A DNA stretch of 64,000 nucleotides, from the NCBI GenBank assembly GCA_047947115.1, contig CP170459.1, forward strand, positions 4,096,001-4,160,000, read 5' to 3'. Below are positions 30,030-41,391 of the stretch, in pieces. A model generated the notes under the pieces. That model had not been told where the DNA came from. It did not search any database and saw only the letters and a program-made list of their open reading frames with translations. This DNA comes from Verrucomicrobiota bacterium (GTDB lineage: Bacteria > Verrucomicrobiota > Verrucomicrobiia > Limisphaerales > AAA164-E04). The translations under genes were made by a program, and so were the position numbers. Numbering within the stretch: position 1 is the stretch's first letter; each line of letters begins with the position of its first letter.

Positions 30030-31526
30030 CTAGACCTTCCCCTGCTTTCTCCAACGATACAACGTGGTCGGATGAATGCCCAGCTGCGCCGCCACCCATC
30101 CCAGGTTGTTGTCGGATTGAACCAGCAAATCACGGGCGAGCGCCATTTTCTGTTTGGGTGAAAGTGCAGGCGTTGAAGGCCATCCGGTCATTTGCTGATT
30201 AGGATAAGCACCTGGCGCCGCCATATGGCTGCCCCCTCCGGTTTGGGGGGCAAATCCACCAGGAGTTCCGTGAACAGGTTGAAATCCCCTTTGTCCGGCA
30301 TCACCGCCGGGCACATAACTTTCCTGCAAATGCTGTGCCGGCATGCCACTATTCATCGGAGCCCCTGCATGATGCATGCCTCCTTGGTTGGAAGAAGAAA
30401 GTGGCCGTTCCCACCAGGCAGCCCGCAGGACGGGCCCGTCGTGCAGGACAACCATGCGATCAATCTGACTCTTCAGTTCACGCACATTACCGGGCCAATG
30501 ATAAGCCTGAAAAGCCTGGACCAACTCAGGTTCAATTCCATCAAAGTGCTTTCCGAACCGTTCGCTCGCCATGTCCAAAAAGAGCTTCACGAATTGCGGG
30601 ACATCATCGTTGTGCATGCGCAAGGGTGGAATTCTCAGGGTGATTTCCGACAGTCGGAAGTAAAGGTCTGTACGGAAATTATGACGTTCGGTTTCATTGT
30701 CGAGATTGCGGTTTGTTGCCGAAATCACCCGGACATCGACCGGATAATCCTCGCCCCCCCCGATACGCCGTGCCTTTCTGGTTTCCAGAAAACGCAACAG
30801 TTTGGGTTGCAGCCCCATGTCCAACTCACCAATTTCATCCAGGAACAACGTTCCTCCATTGGCCTGCTCAACCAGCCCCTTTCTAGTCTTGAGTGCTCCG
30901 GTGTAGGAACCTTTCTCGGCTCCAAACAACTCTGCTTCGATCAAGTCTTTGGGAATGGCGGCACAATTGACGGCAACAAAAGTCTCCCGACCACTGCTTG
31001 CATGCAATGCCTGTGCCACCCGCTCTTTCCCGACCCCGGATTCGCCCAGAATGAGCACCGTCGCATCAGTTGGCCCAAGACGTTCGATGCCTTGCCTCAG
31101 GTTTTGCATGGCGTATGATTCGCCCACCAGGATGTCTTTGGATTCCAGCGTCTTCCCCCCATACAACTGAATCCACAAATGCTGAGAATCCGAAGCCTTT
31201 TGCAAGGCTTCCTTCCACCGAGCCACATCGTCTTCAAGGTCCAGGACATCAAAGGCTCCGTCGCGCATGGCGCTGACGGTTTCCTTGGTCCCCATCATGG
31301 AGCCAAATGCAATATAAAAACGGCTTGTCTGGCTCAGCCTCACCCGAATATGCGCCCACCTGTCGTCTGAAGTGGATTGGTAAGGAATCATATACACACT
31401 GTCATGGGTATTGTGGCTCAGTTCTTTGATTTGATCGGGCTCGAAGAACTGACATCGAAATCCCATGGATGTTACCCAGGCTTCCGCCTTCCGGGATTCC
31501 GGGTGATTGAGGAGTTGAATGATCAT
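30030..31526 (-). CDS. Sigma54-interaction-domain (bEBP) transcriptional regulator, Fis-type HTH
   Basis: GESGVGKE Walker A, ELFGAEKGSYTGA, LFLDEIGE Walker B, WPGNVREL, AAQLGIHPTTLYR. Confidence 0.9.
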   Translation of the reverse strand: MIIQLLNHPESRKAEAWVTSMGFRCQFFEPDQIKELSHNTHDSVYMIPYQSTSDDRWAHIRVRLSQTSRFYIAFGSMMGTKETVSAMRDGAFDVLDLEDDVARWKEALQKASDSQHLWIQLYGGKTLESKDILVGESYAMQNLRQGIERLGPTDATVLILGESGVGKERVAQALHASSGRETFVAVNCAAIPKDLIEAELFGAEKGSYTGALKTRKGLVEQANGGTLFLDEIGELDMGLQPKLLRFLETRKARRIGGGEDYPVDVRVISATNRNLDNETERHNFRTDLYFRLSEITLRIPPLRMHNDDVPQFVKLFLDMASERFGKHFDGIEPELVQAFQAYHWPGNVRELKSQIDRMVVLHDGPVLRAAWWERPLSSSNQGGMHHAGAPMNSGMPAQHLQESYVPGGDAGQRGFQPVHGTPGGFAPQTGGGSHMAAPGAYPNQQMTGWPSTPALSPKQKMALARDLLVQSDNNLGWVAAQLGIHPTTLYRWRKQGKV

Positions 31527-31590
31527 GTCAGGTTTTTAGTTGTCGGTTGGTTGTAATCCCTCCACGAGGAAAACATATGCACAGCATCGC

Positions 31591-31636
31591 TGCAATGAAA
31601 AACATTGCAAACGCGATATTGCAGTTGCGATATTGC
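31591..31636. promoter_or_regulatory. Candidate regulator binding sites between the bEBP gene and purD
   Basis: Palindrome TGCAATG-AAAAA-CATTGCA (31591-31609) plus direct repeats GCGATATTGC at 31613 and 31627. Confidence 0.5.
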
Positions 31637-31760
31637 GACTTGGGAAGTTGTTGATTGCCGATTAATGAGTCGATGATTTACCACATATCCATCGCTTATT
31701 TCGGTCTTAAACCAATAATTGCTTTCTCTGATATGGCTATTTTGATTCAATGCGCCCTTC

Positions 31761-33053
31761 ATGAAGATACTGGTTATTGGATCTGGAGGCAGAGAACACG
31801 CTTTGGTTTGGAAACTCGCTCAATCAAGTCACGTCTCCACCATGTGGTGTGCACCTGGAAATGGCGGGATTGCGCTCGAAAAACTCTCCTCCAATGGTCA
31901 GCCTGTTCAGTGCGTGGGTGTTGGAGCTGAAGATCTTGAAAAGCTTCTGGAGTTGGCAAGCCGGATCAAACCAGACCTGACCGTTGTCGGGCCAGACAAC
32001 CCTTTGTCGATGGGCATAGTGGACCGCTTTGAACAAGCAGGATTCACAATTTGGGGACCAAATGCTCAGGCGGCGCAATTCGAAGCTTCCAAGGCGTTTT
32101 CACAAGAGTTCATGCAACGCCACGACATCCCAACAGCCCGATCGGGAATTTTTTCAAATCCCAGCGAAGCATTGGCCTTTGCAAAATCACTTCAGGGAAA
32201 ATGCGCCGTCAAGGCAGATGGACTGGCATTGGGCAAGGGGGTGTTGATAACCGATACGATTCAAGATGCCGAGACCGCCATTCAACAAGTCATGGTGGAC
32301 AAGTCCTTTGGAACCGCAGGCAACCAAGTAGTCATTCAGGAAAAACTTGAAGGGCTGGAAATATCCTTGCACGCCCTCTGTGACGGACAAGGATACTTGC
32401 TGTTCGAGACGTCTCAGGATCACAAACGGGCTCTGGATGGCGACGGCGGTTTGAATACCGGCGGAATGGGAACCTACTCCCCCGCTCCTTTCCTGAACGC
32501 AAATCAACTGAATGAGATTCGTTCCACTGTCTTGGACAGATGGTTGAACGGATGCCTTATGGAGGGAATTGATTTTCGCGGGATGCTTTATCCCGGTTTG
32601 ATGTTGACCAAGGAAGGCCCCAAAGTTCTTGAATTCAATGCGCGTTTCGGGGATCCGGAAACACAGGTTTACCTCATGCGATTGAAAAATGATCTTCCTG
32701 AATTGTTGCTGGCGAGTGCCGAAGGACGCTTGCAGGGCATTCAGTTGGAATGGTCCGAACAGGCATCAACCTGCGTGGTGATGGCTTCTGGGGGATATCC
32801 CGAATCGTATGCCAAAGGAAAAGTCATTGAAGGCATTGCTGAGGCTGAGACCGATCCACTGGTCAAAGTCTTCCATGCGGGCACAAAACTGGATGATGCA
32901 GGGCAGTTGCTCACCGCCGGCGGCAGAGTGCTGGGAGTGACGGCGCTGGGAGATGATTTGGGTCAGGCCACCCAGCGTGCCTACAAGGCAGTGGAGAAAA
33001 TACATTTCGAATCCTGTCATTTTCGTCGTGACATTGCGGCCAAGGCTCTGTAA
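31761..33053 (+). CDS. purD: Phosphoribosylamine--glycine ligase
   Basis: MKILVIGSGGREHAL, KADGLALGKGV, QDHKR, NTGGMG, EFNARFGDPETQ. Confidence 0.97.
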   Translation: MKILVIGSGGREHALVWKLAQSSHVSTMWCAPGNGGIALEKLSSNGQPVQCVGVGAEDLEKLLELASRIKPDLTVVGPDNPLSMGIVDRFEQAGFTIWGPNAQAAQFEASKAFSQEFMQRHDIPTARSGIFSNPSEALAFAKSLQGKCAVKADGLALGKGVLITDTIQDAETAIQQVMVDKSFGTAGNQVVIQEKLEGLEISLHALCDGQGYLLFETSQDHKRALDGDGGLNTGGMGTYSPAPFLNANQLNEIRSTVLDRWLNGCLMEGIDFRGMLYPGLMLTKEGPKVLEFNARFGDPETQVYLMRLKNDLPELLLASAEGRLQGIQLEWSEQASTCVVMASGGYPESYAKGKVIEGIAEAETDPLVKVFHAGTKLDDAGQLLTAGGRVLGVTALGDDLGQATQRAYKAVEKIHFESCHFRRDIAAKAL

Positions 33054-33173
33054 TGAAATGGAACGGATGCCGATGGATCTCTGATCGGGCATCACAACGC
33101 CGTTCCGTTCAAACTTCCCGAAAGTGGTGAGCCTTTTATACATTCCACACCGGGTTTCACGACCATTGATCAC

Positions 33174-34232
33174 ATGCGACAAATAACAGCAATTTGTATA
33201 ACAATATTATTGCAAACCGATTTGATGCCCCACATCAAATCGGATGAACCCACACAAGCATCCGATCCGGTTGTGGCTGTTACCACGGAATTGCCCAAGT
33301 ATGACGAAATCGTCCAAACCATCGAATCGAAACTGAACACCATCACCATAGAAGACCTGGAACACGCTGCAATTCAAGGTGTTCTGACAGAATTTCAGAG
33401 CAGTATCGAACTGGAAACCCCGATTTCCCCCGGAGCTCCACTCTCTCAACCACCATCTGTGGCAAAGAAGGAGATCATCGGTAAGCATATCGGATATCTG
33501 AGAGTCGCTGAAATCCGCCCCTCAACTGCCAAGGAAACCCTCGAAGCATTTGAATCGTTGCGCGTAAAAACAGCACTTGAAGGTTTGGTGTTGGATTTGC
33601 GCTATGCCGGTGGCAGCGATTTTGATGCAGCTCTTAAGGTAGCCTCTGTATTTGTTGATGCAGCCACGCCCTTGTTAAACTGGGGTGATGGCATTCGATC
33701 GGTACCGCAAGGAGAAACGAAGATTGCGCTTCCAGTTGTGGTTCTCGTGAACGAAGCCACCACAGGTGCCGCAGAAGCATTGGCCGCAGGGCTGCAACTT
33801 GCGAAAGTCGGCCCGCTCGTCGGACGTCACACCACCGGGAAAGTTCAATCCATTGAACGGGTTCCTCTTTCCAGTGGCCATATTCTGGTTCTTTCATCCG
33901 GTTCGGTTTCACTTGCCGACGGTGCAACCCTCACTGGCCAGGGCATTCAACCAGACATCGGAGTGAATGTATCCGCAGCAGAACAAGCCGCTTTGTTTGA
34001 TGATCCTTACGGTCGGATCACTTCATCACAAAGCGAACCAGGCGAGCGCATGAACGAAGCAGAGCTCATGCGACGGCAAAAGGAAAATGGAGGGGCAGCC
34101 ATCGATATTAATGCCCCCCCGGTGGCAACCGAGGAAAACTCATCCAAACCAAAAGCCATCAAGGATCCCATCCTGGCTCGTGGCGTGGATGTTTTAACGG
34201 GATGGCACATTTTCAAAAACTTGAGGAAGTGA
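33174..34232 (+). CDS. S41 (tail-specific protease)-like protein, probably catalytically degenerate
   Basis: [39 protein letters not shown] motifs; Gly at the expected catalytic Ser; no PDZ domain evident. Confidence 0.75.
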   Translation: MRQITAICITILLQTDLMPHIKSDEPTQASDPVVAVTTELPKYDEIVQTIESKLNTITIEDLEHAAIQGVLTEFQSSIELETPISPGAPLSQPPSVAKKEIIGKHIGYLRVAEIRPSTAKETLEAFESLRVKTALEGLVLDLRYAGGSDFDAALKVASVFVDAATPLLNWGDGIRSVPQGETKIALPVVVLVNEATTGAAEALAAGLQLAKVGPLVGRHTTGKVQSIERVPLSSGHILVLSSGSVSLADGATLTGQGIQPDIGVNVSAAEQAALFDDPYGRITSSQSEPGERMNEAELMRRQKENGGAAIDINAPPVATEENSSKPKAIKDPILARGVDVLTGWHIFKNLRK

Positions 34233-34296
34233 GAACGAAAGCCAATGTTTTCGGTTGAAACCACTTCACACTAACGGAACGTTCGGAAAGCCAATT

Positions 34297-36459
34297 ATGA
34301 CTAAAATCTTGTTCATTTGCACAGGGAACATCTGCCGCAGCCCGATGGCCGAAGGCTATCTGCGTCATTGGGCCGACTTAGAAGGTCGCAAGGACATAGA
34401 GGTGGCTTCCGCAGGTGTCGGTGCCATGAACGGACAAGCTCCGAGCAGACACTCGGTCCTGGCTCTCAATGAATGGGGAATCGACATCACCGCACAGCGC
34501 AGCCAAATGGTTTCCCCTGAGCTCATCGAACAGTCGGATTGGATCTTTGGGATGACACATGGTCACGTGGATGCCATCTGCTCGATTTTCCCTGAAGCTT
34601 CCGGAAAAACACTGTTGCTGCGACATTTTAACGACGAACTGCAAGGTTATGACAAGGAAATATCCGATCCCATTGGAGGTAGTCTTGGGGTTTACAAACA
34701 ATGCCGTGACGAGATCAAACAAGGGATCGACGGAATGATTGCGGCTTTGCTTGGAAATAACGAAACCGACGCCAAACAGGTCCTGAAAATTGCCATTGGG
34801 TCTGATCACGCTGGATTCAAAGCCAAGGAAGCCCTGAAATGCCGGTTGGAGACAGCATCCAGACAGGCAATCGACATGGGCACACACGACGACAAGTCCA
34901 CCGACTACCCGGACTATGCGAGGGCAGTTGCTCAAAGCGTGGCGGATGGCCAAAGCGATTTCGGGGTGCTCGTTTGTTCGACCGGAGTTGGCATGTCCAT
35001 AGCCGCGAACAAAGTATCCGGTGTTCGTGCCGCGCTGGTGCACAATGCGGAGACCGCTCGTCTGGCCAGGGAACATAACCACGCAAACGTTCTCTGCCTG
35101 GGTGCCAAAGGTAATAGCGAAGACGATTTATGGGCCAGTCTCCAGGCCTTTCTAGAAGCAGAATGTGGAGGTGATCGACACCAACGACGTGTCCGAAAAA
35201 TTATAGCCATGGAAGAAAAACAAAAGCACTCGGTTGCAGCCGTGGACCCGGCCATCGCACAAATCATCGAAAAAGAACGTCAGCGTCAGCAGGAAAACAT
35301 CGAGCTGATCGCCAGTGAAAACTTCACCAGCCCTGCCGTCATGGAAGTGCAGGGTTCCGTGTTGACAAACAAGTATGCGGAAGGATATCCCGGCAAACGC
35401 TGGTATGGCGGATGCGAATACGTCGACGAAGCCGAACAACTGGCCATCGACCGGGCCAAGCAGCTTTTCGGAGCCGAGCACGCCAACGTGCAGCCTCATT
35501 CCGGCTCGGGAGCCAACATGGCAGTCTATTTCTCCACACTGACGCCCGGGGATAAAATCCTCACCATGGACCTCAGCCACGGCGGCCATCTGACCCACGG
35601 CAACAAGGCCAATTTCTCTGGGAAATTCTTTGAAGTGGTTCATTATGGAGTGCGAAAAGAAGACGAACGGATTGATTACGATCAATTGGAACAAATGGCC
35701 AAGGAACACCGCCCGAAAATGATCACTGTCGGTGCCAGTGCCTATCCCCGGATCATTGATTTCGAACGCATGGCAGCCATTGCCAAAGAGGTGGGAGCTT
35801 ACCTGTTGGCGGACATCGCGCACATTGCCGGATTGGTGGCCACCGGCAATCACCCCAGCCCCGTGGGACATGCCGATTTCGTGACAACCACCACACACAA
35901 AACTCTTCGGGGGCCTCGAGGGGGATTGATTTTGTGCGGACAGGAACACGCCAAAGCCATCGATTCCCAAACGTTTCCCGGTATTCAGGGAGGGCCTCTG
36001 ATGCATGTGATTGCCGCCAAAGCTGTCTGTTTCCTCGAAGCCCTGCAACCGGAATTCAAATCATACCAACAGCAGGTCGTTAAAAACGCTGCCGCCCTGG
36101 CTGAAGGAATGGTTCGCAACGGATTCAGGTTGGTGAGCGGAGGTACGGACAACCACCTCATGCTTGTCGATGTGGGTGCCCGGGACATGACGGGTAAAGC
36201 CTGCCAACACGCACTTGACGAAGCGGGAATCACGCTCAACAAGAATACCATTCCCTTCGAAACACGCTCCCCCTTTCAAGCAAGTGGCATCCGCATTGGA
36301 TCACCAGCTGTAACCACAAGAGGCATGAAAGAGCCGGATATGACGGCCATCGCAGACATGATCAGTGAGGTACTTCTCGATATAAAAAATGTTGACGCAG
36401 CGGCCAAGGTAAGGCAGCGTGTCAGGGAATTGACCGCAAGATACCCCTTGCCGTATTAA
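34297..36459 (+). CDS. glyA: Triple fusion: low-molecular-weight protein phosphatase - ribose-5-phosphate isomerase B - serine hydroxymethyltransferase
   Basis: CTGNICRS and [61 protein letters not shown], all in one open frame. Confidence 0.93.
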   Translation: MTKILFICTGNICRSPMAEGYLRHWADLEGRKDIEVASAGVGAMNGQAPSRHSVLALNEWGIDITAQRSQMVSPELIEQSDWIFGMTHGHVDAICSIFPEASGKTLLLRHFNDELQGYDKEISDPIGGSLGVYKQCRDEIKQGIDGMIAALLGNNETDAKQVLKIAIGSDHAGFKAKEALKCRLETASRQAIDMGTHDDKSTDYPDYARAVAQSVADGQSDFGVLVCSTGVGMSIAANKVSGVRAALVHNAETARLAREHNHANVLCLGAKGNSEDDLWASLQAFLEAECGGDRHQRRVRKIIAMEEKQKHSVAAVDPAIAQIIEKERQRQQENIELIASENFTSPAVMEVQGSVLTNKYAEGYPGKRWYGGCEYVDEAEQLAIDRAKQLFGAEHANVQPHSGSGANMAVYFSTLTPGDKILTMDLSHGGHLTHGNKANFSGKFFEVVHYGVRKEDERIDYDQLEQMAKEHRPKMITVGASAYPRIIDFERMAAIAKEVGAYLLADIAHIAGLVATGNHPSPVGHADFVTTTTHKTLRGPRGGLILCGQEHAKAIDSQTFPGIQGGPLMHVIAAKAVCFLEALQPEFKSYQQQVVKNAAALAEGMVRNGFRLVSGGTDNHLMLVDVGARDMTGKACQHALDEAGITLNKNTIPFETRSPFQASGIRIGSPAVTTRGMKEPDMTAIADMISEVLLDIKNVDAAAKVRQRVRELTARYPLPY

Positions 36460-36731
36460 AACACACCTTACAAGGAATTGATTTTCTTCAGGAAACCGGT
36501 TCCCGACTACGATTCTCAGAATGTTACTGGCCTATGAGTCCGATTGAATTCAATTCTTTCAGCTCATTCCTTTGATTCGAGTTGAAGTAGTCCATGTGTT
36601 CTTTGGATGGATGAAAAAGATATTTTTGTCCCTGAAAATTGACAGTGTCTGCCTGAGCCTCTGCTTGATATCTTTCCATCGAACATGACGAATGGTTGTG
36701 TTGATGAGCCGATAAACAATAGTACCGCATT

Positions 36732-38552
36732 ATGCCAAGAGCAGCCAAGAAGGCGACCCGCAGTCACGCCAAAGCCACATCTGCATCCGACGAAATTCAA
36801 CCCGATTTGATAGATCAGGCTGAAACAACCAGCGATGCGCCAGATGGGCCAAACGCCGAAGCAAAACCCGCCGCCAAAAAGAAGCGTGCCACCCGCAAGA
36901 AACGGGTCACCAAGAAGACGTCCGCCAACTCAGAAGAAGCTTCCGATACAGCAACACCCCATGCAGATGAAACAACCTCTGCTGCAGGCGAAGATTCAAC
37001 CCCTGCTCCAGAGCCATCCGCAGAGGAGTGTGACCTAGTCCAGTTCGATTCGGAAGAGCAACCTGACAGTGAGGAGAAGCCCGAGGAAGCCTTCGACTGC
37101 GATGCAGCAGCCGATGATGTGTCTGTTTCTGAAGGATCCGATGAAGATTCAGAGGACGATGACACGCGAAGCGATTCGGATGAGGACGCAGAGCAGGAAG
37201 ACGAGTCTGAGGCAAATTCAGAAGACAGATCCGAACCTGAAAGCGGCAAAAGGAACCACAAGAAGGACAAACGCAACAAGGACAAGCCAGCCAAGACGAT
37301 TAACATCAGTCAATTGCAGGCCATGTCCATGGGCGAGCTCAACATCATGGCCAAGGAACTCGAGATCGAGAACTTTGGGACCATGAAAAAGCATGAACTG
37401 ATTTTTCACATTCTTCAGCAAAATGCGGAACGCAGCGGTGTCATGTTTGCCGAAGGTGTCCTGGAGATTTTGCCCGAAGGATTCGGTTTCCTGCGTTCCA
37501 GGAGTTACAACTATCTCTCCTGCCCGGAGGACATCTATGTCTCCCCTTCCCAAATCCGTCGATTCGACCTGCAAACGGGCGATATCGTCGCAGGCCAGAC
37601 ACGTCCGCCAAAGGAAAAGGAACGTTTCTTTGCTCTGTTACGTGTGGAAGCAGTGGACAAGGAAGATCCGGAAAAGGCCAAAGACAAGATTCATTTTGAC
37701 AACCTCACACCGTTGTTCCCCGAACAACGGCTGATTCTGGAAAACGACAAGGAAGAATATTCCACCCGTGTGCTGGATCTCGTATGCCCGATCGGAAAAG
37801 GAACCCGTGGTTTGATCGTGGCGCCGCCTCGAACCGGTAAAACGGTCCTGATGCAGAATGTTGCCAATGCGATCCTGAAAAACAATCCGGAAGTCTATCT
37901 GTTCATCCTGTTGATTGACGAGCGTCCTGAAGAAGTGACGGACATGGAACGTACCTGTAAAAAGGCGGAGGTCATCAGTTCCACCTTCGACGAACCGCCC
38001 GAACGCCACATCCAGGTGGCGGAAATGGTCATCGAGAAGGCAAAGCGCATGGTTGAACATAAAAAAGATGTCGTCATCCTGCTTGATTCGATCACCCGAT
38101 TGGCTCGCGCCTACAACACAGTACAGCCCCACTCCGGCAAGATCCTTTCCGGGGGTGTGGATGCCAATGCTTTGCACAAACCGAAGCGCTTTTTCGGTGC
38201 AGCGCGTAACATTGAAGAAGGCGGATCATTGACCATCATCGCCACCGCACTGGTTGACACCGGTTCGCGCATGGATGAGGTGATCTTTGAGGAATTCAAA
38301 GGCACCGGCAACATGGAAGCACACCTCGACCGTCACCTGGTGGATCGGCGTATCTTCCCTTCGATCAATGTTGAACTCAGTGGCACTCGTAAAGAAGAAC
38401 TGCTCTACCACCCGGACGAATACAACAAGGTCGTGCTATTGCGCAAAGCGTTGACCGGGGTTCCGCCTGTTGAAAGCATGGAACTGATGCTGAACAAACT
38501 GAAGAAAACTGGAACCAATATCGAATTCCTGCTATCTGTTGGCAATCCCTAG
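36732..38552 (+). CDS. rho: Transcription termination factor Rho with long N-terminal extension
   Basis: [54 protein letters not shown]. Confidence 0.97.
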   Translation: MPRAAKKATRSHAKATSASDEIQPDLIDQAETTSDAPDGPNAEAKPAAKKKRATRKKRVTKKTSANSEEASDTATPHADETTSAAGEDSTPAPEPSAEECDLVQFDSEEQPDSEEKPEEAFDCDAAADDVSVSEGSDEDSEDDDTRSDSDEDAEQEDESEANSEDRSEPESGKRNHKKDKRNKDKPAKTINISQLQAMSMGELNIMAKELEIENFGTMKKHELIFHILQQNAERSGVMFAEGVLEILPEGFGFLRSRSYNYLSCPEDIYVSPSQIRRFDLQTGDIVAGQTRPPKEKERFFALLRVEAVDKEDPEKAKDKIHFDNLTPLFPEQRLILENDKEEYSTRVLDLVCPIGKGTRGLIVAPPRTGKTVLMQNVANAILKNNPEVYLFILLIDERPEEVTDMERTCKKAEVISSTFDEPPERHIQVAEMVIEKAKRMVEHKKDVVILLDSITRLARAYNTVQPHSGKILSGGVDANALHKPKRFFGAARNIEEGGSLTIIATALVDTGSRMDEVIFEEFKGTGNMEAHLDRHLVDRRIFPSINVELSGTRKEELLYHPDEYNKVVLLRKALTGVPPVESMELMLNKLKKTGTNIEFLLSVGNP

Positions 38553-38607
38553 GACTTGGATAACTACTGACTTGGACTTCGGACCCGTTTCAGCCCCTGA
38601 AAAATTC

Positions 38608-38641
38608 AAAACCGAACCTGCTTGACCAGGTTCGGTTTTTT
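38608..38641. terminator. Bidirectional intrinsic terminator between convergent rho and ubiX
   Basis: AAAACCGAACCTG-cttgac-CAGGTTCGGTTTT perfect stem with A/T tails. Confidence 0.85.
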
Positions 38642-38642
38642 A

Positions 38643-39200
38643 TTATTCCGCCTCCTCTTTCCAGCGTTTTGAAACGGAGTGGTCAATGTTCATGTGATCG
38701 AGAATGCGCGCGACCACCGTATCCACCAGCTCTTCAATATTGGCAGGACGATGGTAAAAATGAGGCGACGCAGGCATCATGGTCGCGCCTGCCAGGGTAA
38801 GGAGTTCCATGTTGCGGATATGGACCAGGTTATAGGGAGTTTCTCTCAGAACCAGGATGAGCTGCTTTTTTTCCTTCAACATGACGTCTGCCGTTCGGAG
38901 CAGTGCATCCTGACTGAATCCATGCGCAATACGCCCCAAAGTCCCCATGGTGCAAGGCACGATCACCATGGCATCCGCCGGATTGGATCCGCTTGCAAAA
39001 GGGATATTCATGGATTTCACGGAATGTAATTGAACGCTCTCAGGTATCTGCAACCCGCATTCGAGCTCCTCCCCTACAACCTGAGTGGCGTATTGGCTCA
39101 TCACTAAATGCACCTCATGACATGTCCCCTCGAGATGGTGCAGCAAGCGCTGGGTATAAATGGCTCCACTCGCACCGGTAACTCCCACGACTAACCTCAT
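38643..39200 (-). CDS. ubiX: Flavin prenyltransferase
   Basis: VGVTGASGA, ASGS, PCTMGTL, RETP, IHRN-like HIRNM, PASP motifs. Confidence 0.92.
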   Translation of the reverse strand: MRLVVGVTGASGAIYTQRLLHHLEGTCHEVHLVMSQYATQVVGEELECGLQIPESVQLHSVKSMNIPFASGSNPADAMVIVPCTMGTLGRIAHGFSQDALLRTADVMLKEKKQLILVLRETPYNLVHIRNMELLTLAGATMMPASPHFYHRPANIEELVDTVVARILDHMNIDHSVSKRWKEEAE

Positions 39201-39429
39201 TTTTCGGCCCTTTCTATCGAATCATTCATTTCAGGCAGACCATGCACCGGTTTGAATCACTGCGCAAGGAGACATAGGATTGAGACAAAATACGCAGCAA
39301 TAGTTCAAAACCGCCAATCCCCTCAGATTCACGCTTTTCAAGATTTCGTTTTTCACATAGATTGTCCTCTCCTTTGGGAACCTTTCCCCTTTAAAGCTGG
39401 GAGTTCCCGAGGGTTTTAGTCAATCAAAG

Positions 39430-40809
39430 ATGCCAAGCGTTTACATCAAAACCTACGGATGCCAGATGAACGAGCGCGACTCTGAAGCGGTCGCGGCGCA
39501 ACTGTGTGCCAAGGGCTACACCATCGCCCCCTCCGAACAACTGGCTGATGTTGTCCTGCTCAATACCTGCAGCGTCAGAGATCAGGCCGAACAAAAAGCA
39601 CTGGGGAAAATGCAAAACCTGGTCTCCACGCTCAAAAGGGATCGTCCGGATGTGGTCCTGGGCTTCATGGGCTGCATGGCCCAGAGTCGGGGCAAGGACT
39701 TGATTGACAAGTTGCCGGATGTCGACCTGGTGCTCGGGACTCAAAAATTTCATCACGCTCCGAATTACATCGACGCACTGGTGCAGGGCGATCAAAAGCG
39801 GATAGTTGACATTGAGGAGGAAAAAGGCAGCGAGGCCACCATCAAGGAACATCTGCTCCAGGGCAACACGGACCGCACCTCCGTCACCGCATTTGTCAGT
39901 ATCATGCAGGGATGCAATCAATACTGTACCTTCTGCATCGTTCCCTATACCCGCGGCAAGGAAAGATCGCGTTCAATAGAAGACATCGTCGCCGAGTGCC
40001 GGCAGCTGGTGGCCAAGGGAGTCAAGGAAATCACTTTGTTGGGCCAGATCGTCAATAGTTATGGAAAACGGGAAATTGGCGTCAAAGACGGCAAATCAGC
40101 CTTTGTCCAGCTTTTGGAAGCGGTGCACGAAATTGAAGGATTGCTTCGAATCCGTTTCACCTCCCCTCACCCAAAGGGATATGGTGATGATTTGATCGAG
40201 GCATACGGTCGATTGCCCAAACTTTGCCCAAGCGCGCACATCCCAGTGCAAAGTGGCAGCAACCGAATTCTGAAGCGCATGCATCGGGTCTACACCCGGG
40301 AGCGATTTCTCGAAATCGTCGAAAAACTTCGCCGTGTGAATCCCGACATTGGGATCACGACCGACATCATCGTCGGATTTCCGGGTGAAACCGAGGAAGA
40401 TTTTCAGGAAACCATGTCGCTGGCAGAGGAAGTGGTTTTTGAAAATGCATTTGTTTTCAAATATTCACAGCGTAGCGGAACCCCTGCCGCCGAGATGGAT
40501 GGTCAACTTCCAAAGGAAGTGATCGAACGCCGACACGCAGCTTTATTGAAACAGATCACCGACCTGGGCCGTAAGAAATATGAACAGTTCCTGGACCGGG
40601 AGGTTGAAATTCTGGTGGAAGGGCCAAGCCGAAGAAATCCGGAACGTCTTGAAGGCCGGACCGGGTGCAATAAGATCGTGGTGTTCGAGGGCAATCGAGA
40701 GCGTTTTCAGGGTCAGCTTCTGAACTTGCGCATTGAACGCGTTGGCTCTTTTACGCTCTACGGTGATCCCGCCATCCTGAATGTCTCGGAGACGGCGCCG
40801 GTCGCTTGA
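39430..40809 (+). CDS. miaB: tRNA-2-methylthio-N6-dimethylallyladenosine synthase
   Basis: TYGCQMNERDSE, NTCSVR, GCMAQ, CNQYCTFC, RFTSPHP, C-terminal TRAM domain. Confidence 0.95.
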   Translation: MPSVYIKTYGCQMNERDSEAVAAQLCAKGYTIAPSEQLADVVLLNTCSVRDQAEQKALGKMQNLVSTLKRDRPDVVLGFMGCMAQSRGKDLIDKLPDVDLVLGTQKFHHAPNYIDALVQGDQKRIVDIEEEKGSEATIKEHLLQGNTDRTSVTAFVSIMQGCNQYCTFCIVPYTRGKERSRSIEDIVAECRQLVAKGVKEITLLGQIVNSYGKREIGVKDGKSAFVQLLEAVHEIEGLLRIRFTSPHPKGYGDDLIEAYGRLPKLCPSAHIPVQSGSNRILKRMHRVYTRERFLEIVEKLRRVNPDIGITTDIIVGFPGETEEDFQETMSLAEEVVFENAFVFKYSQRSGTPAAEMDGQLPKEVIERRHAALLKQITDLGRKKYEQFLDREVEILVEGPSRRNPERLEGRTGCNKIVVFEGNRERFQGQLLNLRIERVGSFTLYGDPAILNVSETAPVA

Positions 40810-40834
40810 TTTGCCCAATTATACAAAACAATTT

Positions 40835-41389
40835 ATGTCACTATCACTATTGTCTATCTTGTTGGGTGTGGCTTTTGCCATTCCCAATGTCTATGGCATC
40901 CTCAAACCCGAGGCTTTTAAGAAGGCCGCCACTGCTTTTCCCCGGTCAAATCCCTGGGGCTACGCTCTGATTGGCCTGTCCACCCTCTGGTTTCTCTACC
41001 TGGTCAAGCAGGAGGATATTTCCGATTTTGCCGCCTACAAAACGCTGATGCTATGGGGGTTCGCCGCCATCGGATTGGGAACCGCTTTTTATGTGAAAGA
41101 TTTCCTGGCAGTACGTGGTGCTGCCGTCTTTATGTTGCTTCTTGCCAAATTAATGGTCGAAACAGCCCGTTGGGTTGACACACCATGGCGTCTGGTCATT
41201 GTGGTATGGGCATATGTCCTGGTTGTTGCCGGGATGTGGTTTACCATTTCACCCTGGCGCATGCGTGACTTTCTTCTTTGGAACGTGCGTGAACTGAAGC
41301 GACTCAAAACTCTTTGCATCGCCCGAACAGCATTTTGTGTGATGGTCATCTTGCTGGGCCTGACGATTTATCGCACCACACCCCAATAG
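40835..41389 (+). CDS. Hypothetical integral membrane protein
   Basis: About 5-6 hydrophobic helices, DFLAVRG and SPWRMRD segments; co-directional with miaB. Confidence 0.75.
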   Translation: MSLSLLSILLGVAFAIPNVYGILKPEAFKKAATAFPRSNPWGYALIGLSTLWFLYLVKQEDISDFAAYKTLMLWGFAAIGLGTAFYVKDFLAVRGAAVFMLLLAKLMVETARWVDTPWRLVIVVWAYVLVVAGMWFTISPWRMRDFLLWNVRELKRLKTLCIARTAFCVMVILLGLTIYRTTPQ

Positions 41390-41391
41390 TC

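Noticed and set aside
38643..39200. ubiX without ubiD as a novelty
   Set aside because: Unlinked ubiX and ubiD genes are common; the partner is probably elsewhere in the genome
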